Positions 47,619 through 56,982 of a DNA stretch of 64,000 bases are shown in pieces. The DNA is taken from positions 1 to 64,000 of IMG/VR virus record IMGVR_UViG_3300042923_000601; one strand, given 5' to 3'. Numbering within the stretch: position 1 is the first letter of the stretch; the number at the start of each line of letters is the position of its first letter. A program made the translations under genes and the position numbers. Under the pieces are notes generated by a model, which was not told the origin of the DNA, ran no database searches, and saw only the letters and a list, made by a program, of their open reading frames with translations.

Positions 47619-48155
47619 TTAAGCATCCTGCAGCTTCACGCGGCTTGCTTTGATCATTGCAGCCTTTGCTTCCGGGTTTTGAACCAGCTTGAAGCGTTGA
47701 CGGCGAACGATCTGTTCCGCTTTCGCATAGCGGCTGTTCGACCGGATTTGCGTCAGGTATTTCTTCAGGATCATACGTGCCGCAACGACCTTACGGTATG
47801 CCGGGTCACCAGCAGCCTTAGCCATGCGGATTTTCATCAAGTTAATTGCCTTTTGTCTCCGCGCCTCCGGGGACAGTACCACATAAGATTTACTAGCTGC
47901 GTCCTCAGTCAGCAGTTGGTCGCGGATAAACATGGAGCCGTGTTCGGCCAGGAATGCCTGCATCCCGTCAGGACCGATTTCAGCCTCCAGCAATGCCATA
48001 GTGGCCTCCGCCATCAGTTCATCATCAAATTCATCGAAATCAAGGGCGTCATCATCGACGTCTTCGCCTGTGATGTCGTCCTCATAATCGGTGTCAGTCG
48101 CTTCAGCAACGTATGCGCCTTCTTGGATGGCGCGAAGGTGTGCCAATACATCCAT
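47619..48155 (-). CDS. Probable virion head protein with acidic propeptide
   Basis: Acidic N-half with several x-x-E sites, basic C-half; AACA-N6-TA motif upstream. Confidence 0.55.
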   Translation of the reverse strand: MDVLAHLRAIQEGAYVAEATDTDYEDDITGEDVDDDALDFDEFDDELMAEATMALLEAEIGPDGMQAFLAEHGSMFIRDQLLTEDAASKSYVVLSPEARRQKAINLMKIRMAKAAGDPAYRKVVAARMILKKYLTQIRSNSRYAKAEQIVRRQRFKLVQNPEAKAAMIKASRVKLQDA

Positions 48156-48194
48156 TTTTTACTTCTCCTTTCGCAGTACAAATTTGTTCTTGAT

Positions 48195-48206
48195 TAATAT
48201 GCTGTT
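48195..48206 (-). promoter_or_regulatory. Putative AACA-N6-TR promoter
   Basis: AACA-GCATAT-TA 40 nt before the 48155 start. Confidence 0.55.
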
Positions 48207-48273
48207 GGTTTGTTGAATCTATACTTGCAGGATCGCAGACGAAGTCGTATTCTATTCGACTGAAAACTGTATT

Positions 48274-48283
48274 ATATATTATA
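48274..48283 (+). promoter_or_regulatory. Putative early promoter (plus strand)
   Basis: ATATATTATA 37 nt before the 48320 start; orientation follows gene direction. Confidence 0.6.
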
Positions 48284-48319
48284 CTAATGAACTCATACTA
48301 TTAAAGGAGAGATTTATTT

Positions 48320-49117
48320 ATGACAGAAGAACGTCGTTCCATCGTCTTACCTAAAAGCCAAGTGGCTATTATGGTACACACGAAATCTAAGCGGCATTTA
48401 AGATCAACAGACTCTATCCTAAACGCCGGGGCAATTAAGGTGACAGAAGAGCCTATCGGGGTGCTCGGTACAATACCTCACGACCCAGTTTCAGGCATGT
48501 CGGTATTACAAAATATGATAGGAGATGAACGGTTCAATCCCAATCTCGCCAAGTCAGTGCGCATAGCAGTTAAATATATTCGTGATAAATACGGGTTCAT
48601 GCCGCATGATGTCATCATCAAACCGTCTTTTGAAGACGACACACTACTGGTTAAATCGGGTGGTGGATATTTTGACAGTAAACCTGTTAGCTATACAACT
48701 AACAAGACGAAGAAGAGTCCTGACCTTCTGATAGGTACAATCACCATGTCCGCCAACGTTGAGAAGACTATGAACCAATCGGGTGTTACCTATAGAAAAG
48801 GTGAATACCAAGAGATGCTGAAAACTCTTGGTATCCGGTCAACAGCTCCTAGTCTGTTTGTAGCAATGCTGCTACACGAGCTTGGACATGCTTATACGTT
48901 GTATCTATTCTTCAAGGAAGACCTGCAAGAAAACTTTGATATCCTGAACCAGCATGTCAACACCGGACAACGGTTCACATTCTCTGGATTGGCAGCTGAC
49001 GATATTGACCCAATGATGTGGAATTACATCGACTACGATGAAGCTCGGGCTGACTTATTCATGTGGGCTAATATGCGATCGGTATGGAATATCATTTCTG
49101 AGGAGGTTGGGTATTAA
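48320..49117 (+). CDS. Putative zincin metallopeptidase
   Basis: LLHELGH (HExxH) with downstream EARAD. Confidence 0.6.
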   Translation: MTEERRSIVLPKSQVAIMVHTKSKRHLRSTDSILNAGAIKVTEEPIGVLGTIPHDPVSGMSVLQNMIGDERFNPNLAKSVRIAVKYIRDKYGFMPHDVIIKPSFEDDTLLVKSGGGYFDSKPVSYTTNKTKKSPDLLIGTITMSANVEKTMNQSGVTYRKGEYQEMLKTLGIRSTAPSLFVAMLLHELGHAYTLYLFFKEDLQENFDILNQHVNTGQRFTFSGLAADDIDPMMWNYIDYDEARADLFMWANMRSVWNIISEEVGY

Positions 49118-49752
49118 TGACTATATCTAAACATGAATTTTCTGAGGAAGCTGTAAAAAGAGCGCGTCATATCACGGCACTATCCATGTACGCGATTAAT
49201 TGGCATTACGGCGTGAACGGTACTCCAAATATCGAATCCCGGAGAGAAACGTATTACCGGGATATGATAGTAAAATGGGCGCTTAAATATGGCTACCCAG
49301 AGCTTATCACAGCTGCCCGCACCTTCAATCGCACTAAAAACCGTCGAATCAGGAAGAAGGCATGGAAGTATATTAGACGGGTGCATACTCGGCTGTTGGG
49401 TACTGTGGCTATGGAAGATGCCTTTAAGGTAGATAACCCCAGACGCAGGAGGCGCTTGATTAGGAAAGCATACAAAGCATCACATTTACTTATTATGCGG
49501 AAAATCAAGTTAACTGCGCGGAAACCGTATCATCGCGAGGTACCACTTAATCTCACCGAGGTTGATGCATCTGGCCTGTACCCGAATATCAACCTTACAG
49601 GTGATACACCTGAACCAGTATCTGCTGATCTCAACGACATTGAAGAGTCTGGTGTATACGTCTACGACCGTAACGCTCCAAATGCACCACGGAGTAGCAG
49701 ATATATACTTCAAGTTACACCACAATCAGCTGGGCCGATTACCAATGAGTGA
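49117..49752 (+). CDS. Basic hypothetical protein
   Basis: 211 aa, Arg/Lys-rich; start overlaps upstream stop. Confidence 0.65.
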   Translation: MTISKHEFSEEAVKRARHITALSMYAINWHYGVNGTPNIESRRETYYRDMIVKWALKYGYPELITAARTFNRTKNRRIRKKAWKYIRRVHTRLLGTVAMEDAFKVDNPRRRRRLIRKAYKASHLLIMRKIKLTARKPYHREVPLNLTEVDASGLYPNINLTGDTPEPVSADLNDIEESGVYVYDRNAPNAPRSSRYILQVTPQSAGPITNE

Positions 49753-50218
49753 TACAGTGGTAGCTGTTGACCAGCCTAATATCTTTACGCTCGCATTCAT
49801 TCTAAACGAAACCGGTCAATACGTACTTCTAACTAGGCCAAAAGCCGAACACCATCCGTTCCAAGGAAAGTTGAATGGGATAGGTGGGAAGGTAAGGGTC
49901 GATGAACGCCCTATTGATGGGGTGGTTCGAGAAGTCGAGGAGGAGACCGGTATTATACTGGGTGCTAATGACCGATTCGAGCAGATTGTCTGTATGCGGT
50001 ACCCTAACGGGAACGAGATGCACGTATACTACATTGTACTAGAGAAGGCGGATGTGTTTCTTGAAGATCGAGAAGCACCCGAAGGTATTCTCAAGTGGTA
50101 TAACGTGCTAGACCCTAATGTCCTCAGTGCCTGTAACCCAGACATTGGAGGACACGGGGATGTCGCATACTTTATCAACTTTTCACGGATTTTATTTATC
50201 AGTAATACCTTAAGATAA
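49745..50218 (+). CDS. Nudix hydrolase (MutT-like)
   Basis: Start revised to ATG 49745; GGKVRVDERPIDGVVREVEEETG is a Nudix box. Confidence 0.9.
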   Translation: MSDTVVAVDQPNIFTLAFILNETGQYVLLTRPKAEHHPFQGKLNGIGGKVRVDERPIDGVVREVEEETGIILGANDRFEQIVCMRYPNGNEMHVYYIVLEKADVFLEDREAPEGILKWYNVLDPNVLSACNPDIGGHGDVAYFINFSRILFISNTLR

Positions 50219-50232
50219 TAGGAGGATTTGTA

Positions 50233-50760
50233 GTGGAAAATACAATTGTGTTGAACCATGAGTTATTCATGAAAAAATGTGCATCAGCGATGGCAACTGC
50301 AGCCAGTCCGCAAATACAGTTCCTGACCAAATACGCTAGATGGGTATTCCTGCGGGACCAGTATGGTATCGATATCAATGATACCTATTATATGTACGAT
50401 CCGGCAACGTGCACGATATACGCGGATACGAGTTTCCCACTTGTCCAACAGGTGGCCAATGAGTCCGTGCCTATTGAGGTTGTGATGGGCGTTGCATGTG
50501 AGATTATTATTAACCCATGGATAATACCCGAGACATCCGTGACTCACAGCATCGGACCATTTCAAATAAAACGTCCGCGTAAAAAATATACACTTGCAGC
50601 AAACGCAGCAGTCGGCGAATACACTGCACAATATCGTATCATATTCGACACTGATGAATCTGAGTTCAAGGTCGAGTTTCCTGGCGGTATTACACGATAT
50701 GTAGCCAGACTTATCCATGATAGTATCCAGCAAGCTTTGGATGCTGTCCAAACCAAATAG
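50233..50760 (+). CDS. Hypothetical protein, paralog family C
   Basis: YGIDINDTYY, VMGVACEIII, IIPET...IGPF shared with the next gene. Confidence 0.7.
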   Translation: MENTIVLNHELFMKKCASAMATAASPQIQFLTKYARWVFLRDQYGIDINDTYYMYDPATCTIYADTSFPLVQQVANESVPIEVVMGVACEIIINPWIIPETSVTHSIGPFQIKRPRKKYTLAANAAVGEYTAQYRIIFDTDESEFKVEFPGGITRYVARLIHDSIQQALDAVQTK

Positions 50761-50791
50761 CACTACACTTAGATAATAGGAGGAATTCATA

Positions 50792-51355
50792 ATGGAAAAT
50801 AGATTTATTCAAGGTCATAGTAGATTTACAGCTAAAGGTGTACTGGCGTTAGGCCATGTTGCAGAACGCGAAATGCGGTTTCTGGTTGGTCATTCCGACT
50901 GGATGCAGATGGGTGTTCGGTATGGTATCGTGATCAGCGATGTTCTATATACCTACAATACCGACATCCACAGTATCTATGTCGTAGAGGAAATACCACC
51001 ACACGCTACCCAGATCACATTTAAAGATATCCCTAATGATATCATGATGGGATTCGCGTTCAGTATTATTCTTGACCGGGATATTATCCCTGGCACTAAA
51101 CTGGTTAAGACAGTAGGTCCGTTCCCATACAGCGCTAATCTTGCTCCTCACATGAATGAAATCATGGGTGCGATTCCATACACAACAACTGTTGATCGAG
51201 ATGATCACACCTTCATGATTCAACTGAATGATGAGGTCATGGAATATGAGATTGATATACTGAAGCAGGCACTGCTTGCGTGCATCGAGGATGCTGAAAC
51301 GCTTGCCGGTAAGATAGCACCCAAGGGCACGTGGATTAACTTTGAAGTCAAATAA
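50792..51355 (+). CDS. Hypothetical protein, paralog family C
   Basis: YGIVISDVLY, MMGFAFSIIL, IIPGT...VGPF; TAGGAGG RBS. Confidence 0.7.
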   Translation: MENRFIQGHSRFTAKGVLALGHVAEREMRFLVGHSDWMQMGVRYGIVISDVLYTYNTDIHSIYVVEEIPPHATQITFKDIPNDIMMGFAFSIILDRDIIPGTKLVKTVGPFPYSANLAPHMNEIMGAIPYTTTVDRDDHTFMIQLNDEVMEYEIDILKQALLACIEDAETLAGKIAPKGTWINFEVK

Positions 51356-51426
51356 CTAAACCTTAGAGATTGTCCTATTGTGGGACAATCTCTTTATTTT
51401 TACATATCTTTAAATACCCTTTGCTC

Positions 51427-51438
51427 GACAATCTATTA
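51427..51438 (+). promoter_or_regulatory. Putative RACA-N6-TA promoter
   Basis: GACA-ATCTAT-TA 30 nt before the 51468 start. Confidence 0.35.
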
Positions 51439-51467
51439 ATCTTACTAATGAAGGAGAGTGTTTAAAG

Positions 51468-51815
51468 ATGTCGTTCAACGCATTGATCATCTTGTATTTC
51501 CTGATGACCAACTTCGGGATTTACTTGCTGGGTATCTTCGAGACTCGGAGGGTGAATATGTATGCAAAGGTACACGGGAAACTTCCGATGCCCACGTATA
51601 TTACCATCACATCAACCGCTCCGTTCGCGTACACAGCTCGCATCACATTGACATTGGGCCGGATTGCAACACAAGTTTTCAAACTGAAGTTCTCACAGAA
51701 GACGAATACGATATTTATGCATCTTACCATGTTTATACTGCTTATCACAACGGGGATGTTTCAATTTGCCTTTGGTTTAATGCGACACTTAGGATGGTTA
51801 GTCAAAAGAATCTAA
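51468..51815 (+). CDS. Small membrane protein
   Basis: Two hydrophobic segments; AAGGAG spacing fits 51468 rather than the GTG at 51458. Confidence 0.55.
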   Translation: MSFNALIILYFLMTNFGIYLLGIFETRRVNMYAKVHGKLPMPTYITITSTAPFAYTARITLTLGRIATQVFKLKFSQKTNTIFMHLTMFILLITTGMFQFAFGLMRHLGWLVKRI

Positions 51816-51838
51816 ATTGACCTATCGGGGGAAATTAA

Positions 51839-52195
51839 ATGATTACGACTTTATCCGCATCGTTAACGCTGTACATTTTGTACGTGGGACTTAATACCGT
51901 AATGGCAGCAGTCTCTAAACACACGCTTGACACACAGACCCGGATCACACTAAATAGTCGAACCGCTGTGTTGGTTATGCCCAGATTCTCAGCGTATAAA
52001 GCGGCTGGGATGATCGTATCTATACCAGCTATTCTATATTGCGCTGCCAGAAACAAATCTATTGGCGAACCATATAAGGTCACCAAAGGATTAGCTTCGA
52101 TAACGGCAGACATTCTGTTGACTCACATCTCTGTACCACTTGCGATCTACAATATCGTAAAGTATCAGTCAGAGCGTAAACGTAATTCCATTTAA
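51839..52195 (+). CDS. Small membrane protein
   Basis: Two hydrophobic segments; GGGGG RBS; terminator follows at about 52206-52232. Confidence 0.55.
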   Translation: MITTLSASLTLYILYVGLNTVMAAVSKHTLDTQTRITLNSRTAVLVMPRFSAYKAAGMIVSIPAILYCAARNKSIGEPYKVTKGLASITADILLTHISVPLAIYNIVKYQSERKRNSI

Positions 52196-52258
52196 ACGTG
52201 AATAAACCCATGGAGGAAATTCCTCCATGGGTATCTTATTTTTTGACTACAGGTGTTA

Positions 52259-52837
52259 CTATATTGTCATATTTGGGTACTTAAGTTGCCGCATTTTCCA
52301 ATCATGTTCCTTGATCGGATCAAAACCGTAATCCCGGTCAGGGCCGGACTTGTCGTTGAGGATTGCCGCTGCATCAGCCATAAAGGTTACGAAGGCTGAT
52401 GCCTTTGCTATATACGGGGGTATGTCCGCCCCGATATAGTTACCCTTTGCATCTTTACCTGGGTTAGTTTCACAAATCGTCTTTACAAAATCAAATGGCA
52501 TATGGGCTGGCCGGGTGGTACCATCCAGTGGGATATAAGGTTTCTTGACAGTTTCCTTTTCAGGTAATGATCGGTCGTCCTCAAACCCGGACAGCATGTA
52601 TTCAACGTAGTTCGGATAGCCTGGTGAGAACTTATCAGTAAACTTAAGATTCAATGATTCAATAGCCTGCTGGAAATTGCTGATTATTACGTTGGAAGCA
52701 AACATGTTACCCGGAAGACGGAGACGCACAAACCCGTTTTTAAGCAAATAAAACATTGCGTCGGGCATGTATGGCGTCTCAACTTCATTCTCAGGTAGTT
52801 CGCTAAATCTTTTAACAACTACTCCCATTATAATCAC
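52259..52837 (-). CDS. Hypothetical protein
   Basis: 192 aa; GAGGTG RBS; AACA motif upstream. Confidence 0.7.
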   Translation of the reverse strand: MIIMGVVVKRFSELPENEVETPYMPDAMFYLLKNGFVRLRLPGNMFASNVIISNFQQAIESLNLKFTDKFSPGYPNYVEYMLSGFEDDRSLPEKETVKKPYIPLDGTTRPAHMPFDFVKTICETNPGKDAKGNYIGADIPPYIAKASAFVTFMADAAAILNDKSGPDRDYGFDPIKEHDWKMRQLKYPNMTI

Positions 52838-52860
52838 CTCATTAGAATATTGGTAACTCT

Positions 52861-52872
52861 TATGCCTGTGTT
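52861..52872 (-). promoter_or_regulatory. Putative AACA-N6-TR promoter
   Basis: AACA-CAGGCA-TA just upstream of the 52837 gene. Confidence 0.5.
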
Positions 52873-52898
52873 TTAAAGTAGATATTTTAAAACGTCCA

Positions 52899-52908
52899 AT
52901 ATATTACC
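52899..52908 (+). promoter_or_regulatory. Putative early promoter (plus strand)
   Basis: ATATATTACC, identical to the motif before the DNA polymerase gene. Confidence 0.4.
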
Positions 52909-52926
52909 TGAAAGGAAGATGTTAGA

Positions 52927-53631
52927 ATGGAGTTCGATAAGAAATCTGTATTCGGCGGATTGATTAAGGTATGTGAAATCGTGGGTAAGATCACCACTGA
53001 GCCGATCATTGTATCCGAGGGAACATTTAGCTGGATGGCCGAAGGTGCGCTGGCTGTTGTGTTACTCTCACCTAAGGTAGAGAAGGAGGTCACACCTTTC
53101 TTAACCGGGAAATATGAGTTCGACCCTAAGCTTCCGATCTTTATGATGAAGTACTTTCAGTTTCAAGATATTGAATTTACCGATATCGGTGTTCGTCTTA
53201 CCTTTACAGGAGCATTATCCCCGGAAGCACTTGATGATAAGATGCTTATCAAATACATGGAGCAAATCGATCAGCCCGAGAAGGGTACGTTCGTTATACA
53301 TATCCGACATATCGGCGATAACCATAATTTGATGAATCGAATTCAGGGGATACTTACACGTGTTGGTGAGACTGCCGACTTTGATGCCAGCGTTATCGTA
53401 GATGATCTGGATAAGAATATGATTATGAAAGGTGATACGCCGCTGGATGTAGAGAAGGGGCCGTACCGGATTCGGGCATCTAAATCAATCTTTCAATCCG
53501 TTAATGCTTCTGATAGTATCGCACTTCGGTTTACTCCGTATCGAAATGATCCGAGTACCTTTCTATGTACGGCAACAGTCAGTAAACCCACTTGTATGCT
53601 AATCAACGTGTTCAATGGTTTACACCTGTAG
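52927..53631 (+). CDS. Hypothetical protein
   Basis: 234-aa ORF; hairpin terminator at about 53638-53660. Confidence 0.7.
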   Translation: MEFDKKSVFGGLIKVCEIVGKITTEPIIVSEGTFSWMAEGALAVVLLSPKVEKEVTPFLTGKYEFDPKLPIFMMKYFQFQDIEFTDIGVRLTFTGALSPEALDDKMLIKYMEQIDQPEKGTFVIHIRHIGDNHNLMNRIQGILTRVGETADFDASVIVDDLDKNMIMKGDTPLDVEKGPYRIRASKSIFQSVNASDSIALRFTPYRNDPSTFLCTATVSKPTCMLINVFNGLHL

Positions 53632-53685
53632 CCAAACGGGCTGTGGGCAACCACAGCCCTTATTTTTTTCTAGGGAGGAACGATC

Positions 53686-56139
53686 ATGGCAAAGAAAGAC
53701 GATCAAAGTTCGATAAGTGCGATTGCTGGTAACATCAAGCAGCTTATCAACACGCTTGGCAATACACAAAAAGCGACCAGCTATGCAACGTACGGCATTG
53801 AAAGAGACTTATTCGGCTCCACAGAATTGCTGGATAAAATCTCGGAATTGAATAAAAACAATAAGAACACGTTAGAGCGCACCGTTGAGGGTAACAGCTG
53901 GGCCAATAGCCGAATCAACGATTTCGGATTGTTATCTCCGTCTGAAAACGCCCGAAACCTTAGACAGAAACCTAAGGAGCAGCATGGTATCCATGACATT
54001 ATAACCAATAACAAGCAGCTCTTCAGCGAATTGCAGCAGATTATGATGATGGATAACCAGCTGTATGATACCATCGCCGACTATGAAATCCTCCGGCGGT
54101 CTATCCCGGAAATCTCCCGGGTTATCAATCTCCTGGTCAACGCAATCATCATCCCGGAGGTCATTACTTCAGATACCTTCACACTGGAGCATGACATCAA
54201 GAATAAAGGAAATGTTAACGCCGTTATGTCCCGGTTAGAAGAACGCTACGAGTTGGCGTCTAAACTGCGGACAATCGTAGAGAACTATCTGGTCATTGGT
54301 GTGGAGTATGTAACGGTTATCCCGTACAAGGCTGTCATCCAAGCGATCAAATCTGACCCAGATATTCAGAATCGTAGAAAGTCGCTCCTCAAGGAAAGTA
54401 CCCTTCAGGAAAGTGCTGGTATCACAGCTAAACTCACCACAGATGGCATCGGATCACTAAACGAATCGACCTTTATCGACGATTTAACCAACCGCATCAA
54501 GACTCACCTCGATGGGGAAGATGTCGTTGATACTGACACCCTTAAGCAACGGCTGGCTAAGGTTGCAACTGACCATGAAAGTAAAGAATTCAAAGATGGG
54601 CTGGGTCAGATGAATGAGAGTATCACGAAATGGATTGATGGTATCAATGTATACCAATCCAATCGTAAGCTCATTTACGACGCTGCCATTGTTGAATCCG
54701 TGCGTGAGGATAAATCGAAATTCATGTTCGAATCATCCTTTGAGGATTTCTTCTCTGACAATAAAAATATGAAAATCAAGAAAAAGAACGTTGATAGCGC
54801 GGCAGAGGGCATGAACGAGTTGGATGATAAAACGAATAAGGCATATGACCAGCTCGAAATCAATGGATGTAAGATCGAACGGCTTGACCCGGCGAGGGTA
54901 TACCCGCTGCGAATCAAGGATACCGTTATCGCTTATATCTACATGGAAGAACGTCGAGATAAGTCTCTTCGTTACAACCTCCAAGGAGAAATGCGTAACA
55001 ATTTCTCGTTCTATCGGACAGACAATCAGTCCTATGGCGAGTACAATGTTAAGATGATGGAAGACCGTATGATCAGAGAGATTGGTAACCGAGTACTCGC
55101 TAACCTTTCTCCTGAATTCCTTAAGGTCAATTTCGATGACATGGATGTCTTCTATGAGTTCATCCGGGATTCGAACATCCACCGCGAACGTCAAGATATT
55201 ATTATCCTTCACCCGGATGATGTGATTGAGTTCAAACGCCCAGATGGTTCTATCCTTAAAAATGCTACATTCTATGCTAAGATGTACCTGCTTATGGTAC
55301 TCAACAACATCCTAACCAAAGTGAGACGTGGCTCTGACCGTACGATTTACTATGTAAACACAGGTCTGACAAACAACGTTGAACAATCGGTTATGAATGC
55401 TATCGAAGCTATCCAGCATGGTGAAATCCGCGTATCCGACCTTGGGTCGATTGCGGGTATCATGGGTTCGGTTGGCTCGATCGTAGACTTGTTCCTACCT
55501 CAAACCGAGGATGGCGCACGCCCTGTATCACCTGAAGTCATTTCTGGACAATCAGTTGAGATGGATGAGCCATTCTTGCAGTTCCTAATCAAATCTATCA
55601 TTCTTTCCTTTAACGTACCTTCTGTTGTGGTGAACTATACGGATGAGGTTGAGTTCGCTCGTACCCTGTCCATGGCAAACCTCGACGTTGCAACATCAAG
55701 CGCACTGGCTCAAGGTGAAATCAACAAACCTTGGCAACGGTTGGTGCGCCGCATCATGACGTACGAGTATGACCTTGAGAAGGAGGAAGTTGAAACCATC
55801 TTCTCTTCCCTTATCCCATCAAAGAGCATGTTGATTCAGTTAACCAGTGACTTGATTGAAACCACCAAGAATCTGGCTGAATCATTTGCCAATATCCAGC
55901 TTGCAGGCAAAGACCAACTGGATAAACTGAAGCCATTATTCATTAAAGCATTCATGCGACAGAACTTTAATTATGATTGGGCAACAATCGATGCCATCGA
56001 AGAATCAATTAAAAGCGACGATATCGAGGATAAAGCACGAGCTAATGCACTCGACACCGCTGAAGCCGATGCTATGGAATCTGATGCAGCCGGTGGAGAC
56101 GCCGACATGGGCGACGGTAGCGGAGATGGCGGATTCTAA
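53686..56139 (+). CDS. Portal protein (phiKZ/AR9 type)
   Basis: 817 aa; YEILRRSIPEISRVINLLVNAII, YLVIGVEYVTVIPY, KVRRGSDRTIYYV segments as recalled from jumbo-phage portals; next to the tail genes. Confidence 0.72.
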   Translation: MAKKDDQSSISAIAGNIKQLINTLGNTQKATSYATYGIERDLFGSTELLDKISELNKNNKNTLERTVEGNSWANSRINDFGLLSPSENARNLRQKPKEQHGIHDIITNNKQLFSELQQIMMMDNQLYDTIADYEILRRSIPEISRVINLLVNAIIIPEVITSDTFTLEHDIKNKGNVNAVMSRLEERYELASKLRTIVENYLVIGVEYVTVIPYKAVIQAIKSDPDIQNRRKSLLKESTLQESAGITAKLTTDGIGSLNESTFIDDLTNRIKTHLDGEDVVDTDTLKQRLAKVATDHESKEFKDGLGQMNESITKWIDGINVYQSNRKLIYDAAIVESVREDKSKFMFESSFEDFFSDNKNMKIKKKNVDSAAEGMNELDDKTNKAYDQLEINGCKIERLDPARVYPLRIKDTVIAYIYMEERRDKSLRYNLQGEMRNNFSFYRTDNQSYGEYNVKMMEDRMIREIGNRVLANLSPEFLKVNFDDMDVFYEFIRDSNIHRERQDIIILHPDDVIEFKRPDGSILKNATFYAKMYLLMVLNNILTKVRRGSDRTIYYVNTGLTNNVEQSVMNAIEAIQHGEIRVSDLGSIAGIMGSVGSIVDLFLPQTEDGARPVSPEVISGQSVEMDEPFLQFLIKSIILSFNVPSVVVNYTDEVEFARTLSMANLDVATSSALAQGEINKPWQRLVRRIMTYEYDLEKEEVETIFSSLIPSKSMLIQLTSDLIETTKNLAESFANIQLAGKDQLDKLKPLFIKAFMRQNFNYDWATIDAIEESIKSDDIEDKARANALDTAEADAMESDAAGGDADMGDGSGDGGF

Positions 56140-56148
56140 ACGTAAAGA

Positions 56149-56174
56149 GACTACACCACAAATGTGGTGTAGTC
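56149..56174. terminator. Bidirectional terminator between portal and tube
   Basis: GACTACACCACA/TGTGGTGTAGTC stem with flanking A and T tracts. Confidence 0.8.
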
Positions 56175-56186
56175 CTTTTTTGGCGT

Positions 56187-56957
56187 TTACAGCGTGTATT
56201 CGCCAGTCAGCGGCTTAGCGTCATTACGCTCAGCGATATAGTTGATCAACAGGTTACGTTGATTCAGCAGTTCCTGTGCCTTCATGTCGATATAGTTACC
56301 GTACTGAAGAACGCCACGGAATGCCACATCATAACCCTCAACGATACCAATTTCGCCCGCATTCCAGTTATAGTGATCATTTGGAACACTTACTGGTGTA
56401 GCAGCTGTGATATAGTGAGCGCGACCCTGAATCTTCTGGTGAGTTTCATCAGTGGTCACGATGATGAAGGAAGCGGAGTGGTTCTCCAAGGAGTACTCCA
56501 GCTTATCATTACCGCTACCAGCGCGGCCCTTGTAATCCTGAATCTTGGAGCGAGGATCACCCATATTCTCGATCCAGTCACGGATCATTGTGTATACAGG
56601 CAAGCCCTTGAACTCCAGAAGCCGGATGGTCAGGGTGTCAAATGGCAGCTCGGAATAGGTGAAGTGTGGTACAAACCGATCAGAGAAACCATGGGTTTGG
56701 TTCTGAGAGTTTGCAGTCAATTCCGGAATACCAGTTGCAGACAGGGATGTCCGTTCCATGATAGCCTTGAACCGGAGATCATGAGTGTCCGGATAGAATT
56801 TCGTAAAGATTTTAGGCGTATTAACAACGAAGATTTGCACGTGACCGGTATATGCAGGGTCGAAAGTCTTGAGCATAGATGAACTCAAGTTCGGCACCCC
56901 CAGCCACAAGCTCGACGCTTCAATCGCCCGTGGTGTAGAACGTAGTACTTCTGTCAT
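56187..56957 (-). CDS. Tail tube protein
   Basis: 256 aa directly downstream of sheath; FDPAYTGHVQIFVVNTP pattern. Confidence 0.75.
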   Translation of the reverse strand: MTEVLRSTPRAIEASSLWLGVPNLSSSMLKTFDPAYTGHVQIFVVNTPKIFTKFYPDTHDLRFKAIMERTSLSATGIPELTANSQNQTHGFSDRFVPHFTYSELPFDTLTIRLLEFKGLPVYTMIRDWIENMGDPRSKIQDYKGRAGSGNDKLEYSLENHSASFIIVTTDETHQKIQGRAHYITAATPVSVPNDHYNWNAGEIGIVEGYDVAFRGVLQYGNYIDMKAQELLNQRNLLINYIAERNDAKPLTGEYTL

Positions 56958-56982
56958 TTTGGTTACCTCCTATTCAAGTTAT

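Noticed and set aside
51458-51820. 120-aa alternative ORF starting at GTG 51458
   Set aside because: The Shine-Dalgarno is only about 1 nt from this start; the overlapping 51468 frame has proper spacing. Not fully excluded.
6926-52908. Early motif as a plain host sigma-A promoter
   Set aside because: TATNAT resembles a -10 box, but no TTGACA-like hexamer lies 17 nt upstream in the copy checked in detail, and the conserved upstream element is CCGTA at a different spacing.
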